Virus record (IMG/VR): IMGVR_UViG_3300037245_001419
Span: 62,001 to 126,000 of that record
Length of the DNA stretch: 64,000 nt
Direction: 5' to 3' (one strand)
Part shown: piece by piece, positions 46,602 to 56,782 of the stretch
Layout: every line of letters starts with the position of its first letter
Numbering within the stretch: the stretch's first letter is position 1
Translations under genes and position numbers: made by a program
The notes under the pieces: model-generated
Database searches by the model: none
The model's input: the letters and a program-made list of their open reading frames with translations, nothing else
Told to the model about the DNA's origin: nothing

Positions 46602-47336
46602 ATGGCTAAACTAAATTCAGGATCTAAGTTGGTTGAGAGCTTTTTTAGTGACTCTCGATCAATTCAGAGAACCTATAATTTTATGATAGATTTCCCTGAT
46701 TCGAATAACGATTCAGGGAATCTTAAACATAGACTCAGCGTACTCTCAGAGTCCGCTGGTTTTTCTAATTTTAGCCCTAGAACTTATTTGAGTAATTATC
46801 ACGTTAAGAAAGTAAATGTTGATCAGTATGCATTTAAAAAAGAAATGCAACAGATTGGAGTTTTTCCAAAAACTATTCCCGTATTAGACCATAAAGGTTT
46901 TGAATTAGAAATAGAGTTAGAAGAAGACGCAAGAGGAACTATTGGATTCTTTATACAATGGCTTCAAGCAAGAATCTTAGATGAATTTGGACTCTATACA
47001 GATCCAAATACTGCAAGATTAGGCCCAGTCAACATAAACATCACAGATGAGACATCAGATCTCATAGCAACATATTCATTCATGGATTGTTACTTCCTAA
47101 AAGCGAGTAAGCCTGAATATAATTACAGAAACAACAATACCATCACATATACAATTACCTTTGGATCAGATTACTATGAACTAGTGTATTCTAAAGGCAG
47201 TGTACCTGCGGTCAACACTAAACAAAACCCTATAAATTCTGGTGGTAAAGGTCACGGTAGTCAAGGTGGTGGTGGTGGAGCTGGATCAATTCTTGGTGGT
47301 GCTGGGCCAATGATACAAATACAACCTCTTCTCTAA
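46602..47336 (+). CDS. tube-fold baseplate/tube initiator (gp54-like)
   Basis: Tube-like fold pattern (ELEEDA...FIQW, TYSF..CY, TITF..DYY); position after gp19. Confidence 0.6.
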   Translation: MAKLNSGSKLVESFFSDSRSIQRTYNFMIDFPDSNNDSGNLKHRLSVLSESAGFSNFSPRTYLSNYHVKKVNVDQYAFKKEMQQIGVFPKTIPVLDHKGFELEIELEEDARGTIGFFIQWLQARILDEFGLYTDPNTARLGPVNINITDETSDLIATYSFMDCYFLKASKPEYNYRNNNTITYTITFGSDYYELVYSKGSVPAVNTKQNPINSGGKGHGSQGGGGGAGSILGGAGPMIQIQPLL

Positions 47337-47338
47337 AA

Positions 47339-47346
47339 TATAAATA
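47339..47346 (+). promoter_or_regulatory. late promoter TATAAATA
   Basis: Exact motif upstream of gp26. Confidence 0.65.
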
Positions 47347-47381
47347 ACTGTATACAAATTTATTTTATACGGAGAATTGAT

Positions 47382-48206
47382 ATGAAAATGGAAGATGTAG
47401 ATGAAAATGGATCTGTTCCAAATCAAACAACTGAAGTAAAGACCCCTAAAAAGTCGAAACCAGTTGAACCTATTTCAAAAGATACCTATCACCCAATAGA
47501 CGATTTACCTTCAAAGTTCAAAATGTACCCTAAAGGTACTAAACTTTCAGCCAGACCCCTAAAGGTTATGGAAGTTAAAATGCTTTCTACAATGAACGAA
47601 GATAACGCCAACTATGTAATAAATCAAGTACTGAAGAAAACAGTCAGAGGATATTCTATTGACGAATTATATGTCTCGGATAAACTTTTCTTGATTTTCT
47701 GGCTTAGAGCCAACACTTACGCTGATTCTGGTTACTCTATTGAGTTCGAATGTCCATTGTGTGAAGAGAATTCTAATTATGACTTCGACCTAGACTGTCT
47801 TGATATTCTAGATATTAAAGATGATTATGATATCAATAAAGATATTATTCTTCCTGGATCAAAGCACACTATTAAAGTTACTCAACTTAAGATAAAAGAT
47901 GAAAATAATGTTCAGAATTTTATCGAAAAGAGTAAGAAACTTCCCATCAAATACGAAACAGACGTGCTGGCTATTGCAAATTTAATCACTCACATCGACG
48001 ATAAAGAAATAACTGATTTGAAACAGAAGTATAATTACCTATTGGATATCCATCCTAGTGATTATGCATACCTTGAATCATATATTCTGCATTATGAGAT
48101 GGGTGTAAATCCATTTATGGACGTTAAATGCAATAAATGCGGAGGGTCGTCGCCTATGGCGGTAACGTTTCGTGCCGATTTCTTTGTTCCCAAGTATAGA
48201 TTTTAA
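47382..48206 (+). CDS. gp26: baseplate hub assembly protein (gp26-like)
   Basis: RPLKVME.K.L, DKLFLIFWLRA and two CxxC pairs (CPLC, CNKC). Confidence 0.8.
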   Translation: MKMEDVDENGSVPNQTTEVKTPKKSKPVEPISKDTYHPIDDLPSKFKMYPKGTKLSARPLKVMEVKMLSTMNEDNANYVINQVLKKTVRGYSIDELYVSDKLFLIFWLRANTYADSGYSIEFECPLCEENSNYDFDLDCLDILDIKDDYDINKDIILPGSKHTIKVTQLKIKDENNVQNFIEKSKKLPIKYETDVLAIANLITHIDDKEITDLKQKYNYLLDIHPSDYAYLESYILHYEMGVNPFMDVKCNKCGGSSPMAVTFRADFFVPKYRF

Positions 48207-48411
48207 TGACATCTTGGAAATGGAGTTTATTCTAGCCCTATATGTCCACATACCACCGGACAACAATAGGGACTTCCTAGAAGTAGACTGGCACTATAAG
48301 CGATATCTTCAACATCAGAAGGAAGTTTCTGAAGCTCAGAACGATACTGGTGGATCAATGGACATCAGAGAGATGTTAAAAAATCATCCCGATATAAATA
48401 ATAATAAATAG
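48172..48411 (+). CDS. baseplate hub assembly catalyst (gp51-like)
   Basis: Small protein overlapping the end of gp26 and preceding the tape-measure-like gene, as in T4-like phages; start uncertain. Confidence 0.5.
   Translation: MPISLFPSIDFNDILEMEFILALYVHIPPDNNRDFLEVDWHYKRYLQHQKEVSEAQNDTGGSMDIREMLKNHPDINNNK
48393..48400 (+). promoter_or_regulatory. late promoter TATAAATA
   Basis: Exact motif upstream of 48435. Confidence 0.6.
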
Positions 48412-48434
48412 TTCTTTTTATATCGGGATTTAAT

Positions 48435-50681
48435 ATGGCTGATGAACAAGATAAAAAATTAAAAGCAGAGAAATCTTTAAATCTTAGATTGATGAAACAA
48501 CTGAATACATCGTTGACGAAAGCCAACGATATTCAAAAAGATAAGAATAAATCAGATAATTCGCTTAATAAAAACATATCTAAACTAAATACAAATATTG
48601 CTAACATCAATAAACTTCTATCACCTTCAAATTTACCGAAGTCTTTAGATAATTTAAACGATAAAGTTAAATCTTTCACAAAAGCTTTTGATGCCAGAGT
48701 AATACCTAATAAACTCAATAGATTATCTAAAAACATAACTAATCTTAATAGACTTTTAGAAACTGAAGTACTAAAAGGGTTTAAAAACGTATCTAATAAA
48801 GCAAACCGTGCCTCAAAAAAGGCTTCAGCTGGTAGCTCATACAATGGAGCAATGACGACACCTGGTAAAGGGTTTGAGTTTTCTGGTGGTTATAACACCA
48901 TATATAGAAACCAAACAAGAGGCCCTATGGGTCTATTAGGTAGAGGTGATAACTCCGGTAAAGATATGGAGCCTCACTTAAATACTTACTACCCTGACGA
49001 GCAATTATTATTAGGCGCTCCTGGCAAGCAAAGAAAACCTAGACAGCCAAAAGGCGCTACAATGGTAGTTACTTCAATGCTCGTTAAAAAAGCATTATTT
49101 GAAAGTGCAGTATTTAAAAATGCAATATTCAAAGGATCTAAAGGTGGATTGGGTGGTAAAAGCGATAAAGATAAAAAAGATACGAAAGATAAAAAAGATA
49201 AGAGCATTGAGACAACTCAGTACAGTGGTAGTTTAGGCGCACGCCCTGAAGTTGAACAAAAGTTTCAACGCTTGTTCCCGGACGTAATATCTATAGTTAA
49301 AGGACAACGCAAAACACAGCAACAATTTTTAAAGCAAACTCCCCAACAATTATTTAAAGAACTTAGAAAAGCTGGATTAGCTCCACAAGAAGCAAGACGA
49401 CAAGCAACACGACAAGCAAGAACTCGAAATATTGGAGCTTCGGCAGAATCGGGATTTGATGTAGCAAAAGAACAAGTAATGTCAGGATTTACAGATTTTG
49501 GTGTTCCCGATTCTATGGAAGCACAATTTTTACGTGGAATTCGAGGCTTGAAAAGTAGTTTTAAATCTCGTAGACGAGAACTGTTAGATCCAGAACAAAC
49601 AGAATCAAATTTTGGAACAAAAGACAGACCGTATAGACCAATAACACAACCAATTCCAGGACAACTAAGACTACCCCCAGGTCTGAAAAAGCTTCCTGCA
49701 CCAACAGACTTACTCAGAACTGACGATAAGATAAAGCAAAAGAGTGACAAGACTAGAAATGTAACCTTGGCTAATATATTAAAAGCTATTAAAGGTGTCA
49801 AAGGTGGCGGTGGTGACGGTGGTGGTATATTTACAATGCTTAAAAGATTACCAGGATTATTAATGCCTTTCCTTAGAACTGCAGGAGGATTAATAGCCTC
49901 AGGTGCAGGGTCATTAATATCAGGTGCAGGTTCATTGATATCAGGTGCAGGAAGTGCAATAGCCTCAGGTGCAGGTGCTGTAGCCTCAGGTGCAGGATCA
50001 TTACTCGCAGCAGGTGGTACAGCCGTTGGTGCAGCAGGAGCAGCTACAGTCGCTGGTGTAGCTGCAGCAGCCGGAGCTATAGGCGCAGGTATTGGATTGA
50101 CGATTAACGAAGTCATGGAAAAGAAATTTCCCGAAGCCGATAAAGCTGTTAGCGGTTTCTTCGAAGGTGTAGGAAGATTTTTTAGTGGTGACTTAGATGA
50201 TATCATGAAAAACAATGAAGCTAATTCTAAAAAACTATTAGACCAAAACCTTAGACTATTTGGTACAGAATCTGTTAGGCTTGAAAAAGAAGCAGATAAG
50301 CTAAAGCAAGAAGCTAGATCTGCAAGAAACGAAATATTTGGTTTAATTGGTGGTGATGAAAAAGAGGCTATAAAACTCGAAGCAAAAGAAAAAATATTAC
50401 GAGCACAAGCATCATTAGCTGGTAGAAAGTTTTATTTAGAAAATAAAACCGTATCATCAAAAACATCACCATTAATAAAGCAATCAATTACAGAACCAAC
50501 GTCAGAACCTCTATCTAAAGTAGAGATAGATTCTAAAGATACAAGAAAATCCGAGAAAGAAAAATTTGCTGATTTCTTACTAGGTGAATTTATAGATACA
50601 CTTGTAACTAAACTAAATGTTGGTGGAGGTGGTGATCAGCAAATGCCTAATAACACAATAGGAATCAACCCTAACGGATAG
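48435..50681 (+). CDS. tape measure / baseplate hub protein (gp29-like)
   Basis: Helical N-terminus, G/A-rich hydrophobic segment, position after gp26/gp51. Confidence 0.7.
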   Translation: MADEQDKKLKAEKSLNLRLMKQLNTSLTKANDIQKDKNKSDNSLNKNISKLNTNIANINKLLSPSNLPKSLDNLNDKVKSFTKAFDARVIPNKLNRLSKNITNLNRLLETEVLKGFKNVSNKANRASKKASAGSSYNGAMTTPGKGFEFSGGYNTIYRNQTRGPMGLLGRGDNSGKDMEPHLNTYYPDEQLLLGAPGKQRKPRQPKGATMVVTSMLVKKALFESAVFKNAIFKGSKGGLGGKSDKDKKDTKDKKDKSIETTQYSGSLGARPEVEQKFQRLFPDVISIVKGQRKTQQQFLKQTPQQLFKELRKAGLAPQEARRQATRQARTRNIGASAESGFDVAKEQVMSGFTDFGVPDSMEAQFLRGIRGLKSSFKSRRRELLDPEQTESNFGTKDRPYRPITQPIPGQLRLPPGLKKLPAPTDLLRTDDKIKQKSDKTRNVTLANILKAIKGVKGGGGDGGGIFTMLKRLPGLLMPFLRTAGGLIASGAGSLISGAGSLISGAGSAIASGAGAVASGAGSLLAAGGTAVGAAGAATVAGVAAAAGAIGAGIGLTINEVMEKKFPEADKAVSGFFEGVGRFFSGDLDDIMKNNEANSKKLLDQNLRLFGTESVRLEKEADKLKQEARSARNEIFGLIGGDEKEAIKLEAKEKILRAQASLAGRKFYLENKTVSSKTSPLIKQSITEPTSEPLSKVEIDSKDTRKSEKEKFADFLLGEFIDTLVTKLNVGGGGDQQMPNNTIGINPNG
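49899..49996 (+). repeat. five TCAGGTGCAGG (SGAG) units inside the tape-measure-like gene
   Basis: Encodes SGAGSLISGAGSLISGAGSAIASGAGAVASGAG. Confidence 0.85.
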
Positions 50682-50690
50682 GAATAAATT

Positions 50691-51524
50691 ATGGCTTCTC
50701 CACAGAAAATAAACAAAAAGAACATACACTTATTCGACGATACTTCTCGTACAGAAGGTGCATTATACAATAATAAAGTTACAATCATATCGCACGGATC
50801 TAATAGTGCTGTAATCGTAGGCTATCTTTCAGATCCTTTTAAGTGGAATATGTCAGCCTCGTGGAAAGGAATGTTTGAGGGTTTTGGTAAATTTTCAGTC
50901 ATACAAAAAAGTTTTGAAGTGACAGGTGAACAGTTTTTAAATCAAGGAATATTTACTCGTAAAATATATAAAGGAAATGCATATGTTGAACTACCTTTAA
51001 AATTTAGAGTGACTGATTATAACGGCACTGGAAACGTAATGCAATATTCTCAAGCACTAGCAAACGCAATGCTCCCTCACCATTCAGATATTATTGTAGG
51101 TTCAGCCATTAATACAAAAGCACTCCCGACAAAAGACAATGTACAAAGTGGTGACATACGAACATCAAAAGTTGGAACATTACTTGATACTGCAGGTGGA
51201 ACAATAGCTGCAATCCTTAATGTCGGTGGTGAACTAACACAAAAAAATAGTGACATGGAAGCAGCACTAGACAAAGCTGAAGGGCCAAGATCACCAACAG
51301 TATCTGTAACAGTCGGAAATTTATTTTCAAACCAATCTATGATAGTTGAAAGTGGTAGTGTTACTTATTCAATAGCACAAGTTAAAAATCCTGCAACTGG
51401 CGCTTTAGCTGGGCCTCTATACGCAGACTTCGATGTTAAACTAAGTGCAAGATCAGTGAAACCTAAAAATCAATCAGGTGTTCACGGCAAACCAAGTTTT
51501 TATAACGTATCAATAAACAGATAA
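50691..51524 (+). CDS. baseplate tube-cap protein (gp48-like)
   Basis: Tube-fold pattern (LPLKFRV, VTVGNLF, IVESGSVTY, DFDVKL); position before gp53. Confidence 0.5.
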   Translation: MASPQKINKKNIHLFDDTSRTEGALYNNKVTIISHGSNSAVIVGYLSDPFKWNMSASWKGMFEGFGKFSVIQKSFEVTGEQFLNQGIFTRKIYKGNAYVELPLKFRVTDYNGTGNVMQYSQALANAMLPHHSDIIVGSAINTKALPTKDNVQSGDIRTSKVGTLLDTAGGTIAAILNVGGELTQKNSDMEAALDKAEGPRSPTVSVTVGNLFSNQSMIVESGSVTYSIAQVKNPATGALAGPLYADFDVKLSARSVKPKNQSGVHGKPSFYNVSINR

Positions 51525-51533
51525 GAGGATCGT

Positions 51534-51854
51534 ATGGCAGATAAATATAGCAGAACAAATTTTTTTGATAAAAATAATATAGACGGCATCCTTGAAAATG
51601 ACCTTATATCTAATAACTTCAATCAGACTCGTTTCGAAAGAGCTAAAACATTTTATACAGTCAAATCTCAAGACATCCAGAGACCTGAGCTGTTAGCTAA
51701 TAAAAATTATAGTAAACCCAATCTATGGTGGTTCACTATGAAGTTTAATAACATTGATGATATCTGGAATGACATGGAACCAAATGATTCGCTAACATTA
51801 CTTAATGAGATGGACATTGAAGATTACTATAAAGACTTCAGGAAGAAAAAATAA
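51534..51854 (+). CDS. gp53: baseplate wedge protein, LysM-like
   Basis: YTVK..D..RPELLA...Y....LWW....FNNI.D motif. Confidence 0.85.
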   Translation: MADKYSRTNFFDKNNIDGILENDLISNNFNQTRFERAKTFYTVKSQDIQRPELLANKNYSKPNLWWFTMKFNNIDDIWNDMEPNDSLTLLNEMDIEDYYKDFRKKK

Positions 51855-53089
51855 TGGCCGATAACAATATCAAAAAAATTAATAACAAAGCTTCACTGAC
51901 AGCCACGGTTAATTTTTACTCACTTCTTACCATAGGTGAAGTAGACGTTCCGTCAGAAAGTATTCTAAACCTTCATTTGTATGAATGGATATTTGACATT
52001 ATACCCAGAATTGACATCGTATTAAATGACAGTGGAACTTTTAATGAGAAGTATCCAATTGTTGATGGTACACCAATTAAGCTAGAATATTCTATAAACG
52101 AAGATACTGAAAATTTAATAGTAGTTAACTTTGTAGCAGAATCTGTATCAATAGAAAATAGTAATACTGGTGAAAATACATCATCATTAGTTCGAATAGT
52201 TGGAGTGTTGAAGAATAACAAATTATTATTCCCTTTAATAAGCCAAGCCTTTGAAGACCAGCCATCATCTAAAGTAATAGAAACTATCGCTAAGAACACA
52301 GGGTTTACCCCTGACATAAGAATACAAACTTCAGACAACATGACCTGGCTTCAAACACATTTATCTAATGGTGAAATGATAAAAGATATAACCGATAGAG
52401 CATTCTTATCCGAAGCTGACTCTGTATTCTGCTTTACAAACCGTAATAGTGAAATGGTATATACCAGCATAGAAACTGAAGCCGCAAACGAATCAAAATT
52501 CATTGCAATGTATTCAGCATTAGCAACATCACATCCAGGAAACATGCCTGAAGATGACGCAACCAAAGAAGTAATAACATATAATAGCTTAGACTATAAA
52601 AGCCTAGCACCTATTGTTAATAAAAATATGGCCTACGGTTCAAACGTATCATATTATGACGGCAATAACAACACTTCAATAAATTTAGACAGTGACATCC
52701 ACTCGATGTCAACCACTTCGTTAAAAAACAAAGCGCATGCAGGTGAGATAGTTGATCATAATGTATATGGAATAGAAAATAACGTACATCAGAATTATTT
52801 TAGAAGTCTTTCAGAAAACAGATACATTAAACAAGGCTTCTTCTCAGCCCCTATTATGATTAATTCGAAACCAAATAACAATCTCAACCTATTTGATAAG
52901 ATCGATTTAACAGTTAACTCACAAGATGGACTGTCAACAAATGATGTTCTTTCAGGAAAATATCTAGTTGGTGGGATCGTACATCACTTTTCTAAAGATG
53001 GTATATATAATACATTACTCACAGTATTCAGAAATGGATTAGAGCCACCTACATTTGATAAGGATTTTGAACTCAATTTGACATCCTAA
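51854..53089 (+). CDS. baseplate hub protein (gp27-like)
   Basis: Between gp53 and gp5; LSGKYLV.GIVH.F C-terminal hub motif. Confidence 0.65.
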   Translation: MADNNIKKINNKASLTATVNFYSLLTIGEVDVPSESILNLHLYEWIFDIIPRIDIVLNDSGTFNEKYPIVDGTPIKLEYSINEDTENLIVVNFVAESVSIENSNTGENTSSLVRIVGVLKNNKLLFPLISQAFEDQPSSKVIETIAKNTGFTPDIRIQTSDNMTWLQTHLSNGEMIKDITDRAFLSEADSVFCFTNRNSEMVYTSIETEAANESKFIAMYSALATSHPGNMPEDDATKEVITYNSLDYKSLAPIVNKNMAYGSNVSYYDGNNNTSINLDSDIHSMSTTSLKNKAHAGEIVDHNVYGIENNVHQNYFRSLSENRYIKQGFFSAPIMINSKPNNNLNLFDKIDLTVNSQDGLSTNDVLSGKYLVGGIVHHFSKDGIYNTLLTVFRNGLEPPTFDKDFELNLTS

Positions 53090-53099
53090 GGATTACAGC

Positions 53100-53963
53100 A
53101 TGAACGAAAATAAGTTATTAAGATCAAGACTTACAGAACAAATAAATGACTCCCTTAAAAACTTCATAGATCAGCAACACCCCAACGCTGAGAAAAAACT
53201 ATCATTCTATTCTGGACAAGTAGTCGATAACAACGACCCCGACCAACAAGGAAGAGTTCGAATACGAATTTTTGGTGTGTTCGATGAAGACATTCCTGAT
53301 AATAACCTCCCGTGGGCAATACCAGACTTTAACTTCATAGGTAGTACACTCGGTTCATTCGTAGTCCCACCACTAGAAACTTTAGTTAAAGTCTATTTCG
53401 AGAACGATGACATCTATTTACCTCGCTACACAACTAAAGTACTTAAGAAAGATCAGATGAATGATTCACATTTTATTGCTGGTCTTACTGAAAATTATCC
53501 TGATTCAATGATATTTTTTGAGACAGATACCGGAGAGTATTTCAAGATCAATAGAGCTACTAATGTAACAACCTATAGACACTCATCAGGATTGATGGTA
53601 GACATAGATGCAGATGGTAATCTAAAGATCGACAATACAGACATAAGCATTTCATCTAACCCAAATAATGCAAGTGACTCATCAAAGATAGGAAACATTA
53701 CATTAAACATCAAAAGTAATCTCGATATCAATGTCGGTGGTGATATGACTATAATGTGTGAAGGTAAATTTAAGGTACAGTCTACTGAGAATACTATAAA
53801 GGCTGAGAACCTTATCAATCCTTTAGGTGCTAAGAATAAAATCATAGGCCCTGATAGCTTTAACTGGGTTCCTAATACATTAAAAGTTGATCCATATACA
53901 ACAGCTCCACATGGTGGAGATATAGGCATACCACCATGTGGAAGTATAACAGGAATTGAGTAA
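53100..53963 (+). CDS. gp5: central spike gp5 (OB-fold plus beta-helix), no lysozyme domain
   Basis: YSGQVVDNNDP..QGRVRIRIFG, LPWA, VPP...VKVYFEN.D...P and HSSG motifs. Confidence 0.88.
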   Translation: MNENKLLRSRLTEQINDSLKNFIDQQHPNAEKKLSFYSGQVVDNNDPDQQGRVRIRIFGVFDEDIPDNNLPWAIPDFNFIGSTLGSFVVPPLETLVKVYFENDDIYLPRYTTKVLKKDQMNDSHFIAGLTENYPDSMIFFETDTGEYFKINRATNVTTYRHSSGLMVDIDADGNLKIDNTDISISSNPNNASDSSKIGNITLNIKSNLDINVGGDMTIMCEGKFKVQSTENTIKAENLINPLGAKNKIIGPDSFNWVPNTLKVDPYTTAPHGGDIGIPPCGSITGIE

Positions 53964-55337
53964 ATGATTATATTGAGAAGATTCATGATAGCTAATATCG
54001 TAGCTAATATAGCTCCTTTAATAGTAACCCCAGGTACAACACCACTTCAGTTTAAACAGGCTACCAATCAAGGTATAGCAAATGCATTATACTTCTACTT
54101 AAATTTGCAGAAAATAATGCTATTACCCCCTGTTTTTCCATCAGTTGGTGTCATTGCTACTGCCCCTCCTATACCAGGAGCAGCTATGTGTTCAATGAAC
54201 GTGGTCATACCACCACCAGCCACCCTTAAAACGCTTTTAGATACAGTTGTAGGCCCTGGAATTGCAAACCCTGTACCTGACAACCAGTTTTATCAAGCGA
54301 TCGCTACGTGGCTCTCATCACCCCCTATGGTGACATCAATTAATACACCCTTCTCTATACCCCCAACAGTCTTTGGTACTTCAGTTGTTAACTTCCCATT
54401 AATGCCTATAATGGGAACAGTATCATTTTATAGCATGCTTGCAGCAGGTGCAGCAGGGTTATTTTCTGACCTAGCATCACTAAATCCATTAGAAGCACCA
54501 TTTGAGATACTGTCTAACTTTATATTCGCAGGTTTCTTAGCTAATTTCATAACTCCTGTAGCTACTACTGGCATAATAGGCTCTGCATATTCAGGAATGA
54601 CGTTTCCTTTCTGGTTAATGCTTGATTGTCCAGACTTTCCAGTAGGGATAGCCTGTAAAACTGAAGTACTCGCTGAGATGTTAAGTCTATTTGGTATGAG
54701 TGATCTGTCAGACGAGTCTATTATAGCAAAACAACAAGAAATATTAGACAATCTTGTCGATCAACCAGTAGATAATGGTAAATGTTCTATCATATATAAT
54801 GCAGACACTGACAGTTACACCCCAGACCCATCATGTGATGATGAATTTATCAATAATGTAGTATCTGCAGGATGTGATCCTGACTCAGATGACTCTATGT
54901 GCTGTATAGATAGTGGTAATGGTATAGATTCAGAATCATTTGATGTACCTATAGGTGAATATCTATTAGGAATACCTGAGACATCAGCTATATCCGATAC
55001 AGTATTCAAGACTATACCAGATGATGCTAGAGAGGTAATAGAAGATAACCCTACAACAACCAGTTTATTCGAAGGTTTACCAGATGAAACCGCCAATGCA
55101 TGTGAAGATCTACTCAATAATGCAGACATAGATAACATTAATACTAACTACGACAACATAGACTCTAATGCTTTAGCTACCCCCGTAGTAGTGGACGGCA
55201 TACAGGAAGCTGAATTAGAATTTGCAAATATAAATATAAGTGTATTAGAACCAACAGTAACAGGATTCTTTATACAACCTGAAGAACCATTTGAAGGTAT
55301 CGACCCTACAAGAGTAGTGATTACCAATAAATCGTGA
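53964..55337 (+). CDS. hypothetical spike-associated protein
   Basis: Pro-rich hydrophobic N-half and Asp/Glu/Cys-rich C-half; directly downstream of gp5. Confidence 0.6.
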   Translation: MIILRRFMIANIVANIAPLIVTPGTTPLQFKQATNQGIANALYFYLNLQKIMLLPPVFPSVGVIATAPPIPGAAMCSMNVVIPPPATLKTLLDTVVGPGIANPVPDNQFYQAIATWLSSPPMVTSINTPFSIPPTVFGTSVVNFPLMPIMGTVSFYSMLAAGAAGLFSDLASLNPLEAPFEILSNFIFAGFLANFITPVATTGIIGSAYSGMTFPFWLMLDCPDFPVGIACKTEVLAEMLSLFGMSDLSDESIIAKQQEILDNLVDQPVDNGKCSIIYNADTDSYTPDPSCDDEFINNVVSAGCDPDSDDSMCCIDSGNGIDSESFDVPIGEYLLGIPETSAISDTVFKTIPDDAREVIEDNPTTTSLFEGLPDETANACEDLLNNADIDNINTNYDNIDSNALATPVVVDGIQEAELEFANINISVLEPTVTGFFIQPEEPFEGIDPTRVVITNKS

Positions 55338-55344
55338 GGATAAC

Positions 55345-55512
55345 ATGCCAGACGTAACTTTACCAACATTTTATTTTGATACCGCAATATTACCTGCAAC
55401 TAATTCATTGTTATCAATTTCGGAACCAACAGTAACAGCAATATTTACACAACCAATAGAATCATTTGAAGGTATTGAACCTACTTCAGTTGTAGTGACT
55501 AACCCAACATAA
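55345..55512 (+). CDS. 55-aa protein paralogous to the C-terminus of 53964..55337 (not in the ORF track)
   Basis: GAGGA RBS; MPDVTLPTFYFDTAILPATNSLLSISEPTVTAIFTQPIESFEGIEPTSVVVTNPT*. Confidence 0.75.
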   Translation: MPDVTLPTFYFDTAILPATNSLLSISEPTVTAIFTQPIESFEGIEPTSVVVTNPT

Positions 55513-55523
55513 GGAAATATATC

Positions 55524-56327
55524 ATGGGAGCATTCTCACCAGAAGTAATTTATTGCCAAATGGCAGAACAGATCTATGAAGAAATAGTTGCGACTATTAA
55601 AACTGCACTATCTATTCCCCAATTAGCTTACAGATCTTTTATAAGCATTCTTAAAAGAATATTTTCAGTCATATATGCAGCTATAGAAACCGCTATTGTT
55701 ATCATAGAACAACAAGTATTATCTATACTTAATGTAGACGCATTAGACCTTCTAGACATAAAAGCAAACTTTTGTGAAGTACTGAGTCAATGTGAAGCAT
55801 TAATTGATTTTATTTTAGCACCTGACAGTACATTATTAGGCTTAACTGACGCACAAAAGATCGCTGCTAGAGAAAGTTTTGAGAATTTTGAAGAATTAGT
55901 TTGTAGAACATCACTAAGAAGTCTACTAGAAAACTACACAGATGAATTACTCGATAGAATCAGTGAGCAACTTGATGCATTAGAGCAACAATTACTCGAC
56001 CAAGATATATTTCAATTAATAGAAGAATACCTAGAAGAATTAAGAAACCTGGGAATATTAGATTTATTTGATACCTTAGATCCTTTTTTCCAATGTGCAT
56101 TCGCCCTTTGTAATTTCGCAGTAGCTGGAACTCGTCAAAAGGAAGAATTCCAAGACTTACTACAAGTTCAGAAAACTAGTGGACGTTATTTCCTAACAGT
56201 AGATCCATTCGTAGAAAGTATTGTAGAAAAAGATAACGATTTAAAACAAAGAATCGCAAATTTACGACGAGAAATCCTATCAAAACAACCACCAAGAGGT
56301 GTTCCTGTAGACGAAACTCTTTCATAA
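55524..56327 (+). CDS. helical hypothetical protein of the baseplate cluster
   Basis: AAGGA RBS; amphipathic helices with scattered Cys. Confidence 0.7.
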   Translation: MGAFSPEVIYCQMAEQIYEEIVATIKTALSIPQLAYRSFISILKRIFSVIYAAIETAIVIIEQQVLSILNVDALDLLDIKANFCEVLSQCEALIDFILAPDSTLLGLTDAQKIAARESFENFEELVCRTSLRSLLENYTDELLDRISEQLDALEQQLLDQDIFQLIEEYLEELRNLGILDLFDTLDPFFQCAFALCNFAVAGTRQKEEFQDLLQVQKTSGRYFLTVDPFVESIVEKDNDLKQRIANLRREILSKQPPRGVPVDETLS

Positions 56328-56335
56328 TATAAATA
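56328..56335 (+). promoter_or_regulatory. late promoter TATAAATA
   Basis: Exact motif upstream of gp25. Confidence 0.65.
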
Positions 56336-56352
56336 ATTGAAAAAGGTTTTTT

Positions 56353-56766
56353 ATGTCTAACGGTATCTTACATCCAGGCTCTACTTTAAGGAACGATTTT
56401 ACGAATCCTTATGCATACGATTTGTCAAAAAACATATTAACTGAAGTAGAAGTTATTAATGACAAAGCTATCAACGTATCTATAGAAAATATACTCCTTA
56501 CCATATTTGGTGAGAGAGTTTTCGTATTATCTTTCGGATCATTACTTCAGTTGAGTCTTTTCGACGCTATAACAACATCAGACGCTGTAGGTATATTCGA
56601 GAGTGTATTAGACGCTATAGAAGCCTGGGAAACCAGAGTAATATTAGACAGACAAAACGCAAAATTAGATCTTTTTCTTGATAACAACACCATGTTACTT
56701 CAGATTCCTTACACAATTAGAAATAGTGGCATTCAAAGTAATTTTAAAAAGAAAGTAATATTATAG
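56353..56766 (+). CDS. gp25: baseplate wedge protein
   Basis: AINVSIENILLT..GERVF...FGS and I..WE.RV motifs. Confidence 0.88.
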   Translation: MSNGILHPGSTLRNDFTNPYAYDLSKNILTEVEVINDKAINVSIENILLTIFGERVFVLSFGSLLQLSLFDAITTSDAVGIFESVLDAIEAWETRVILDRQNAKLDLFLDNNTMLLQIPYTIRNSGIQSNFKKKVIL

Positions 56767-56782
56767 GACAATGGGAGTAACA

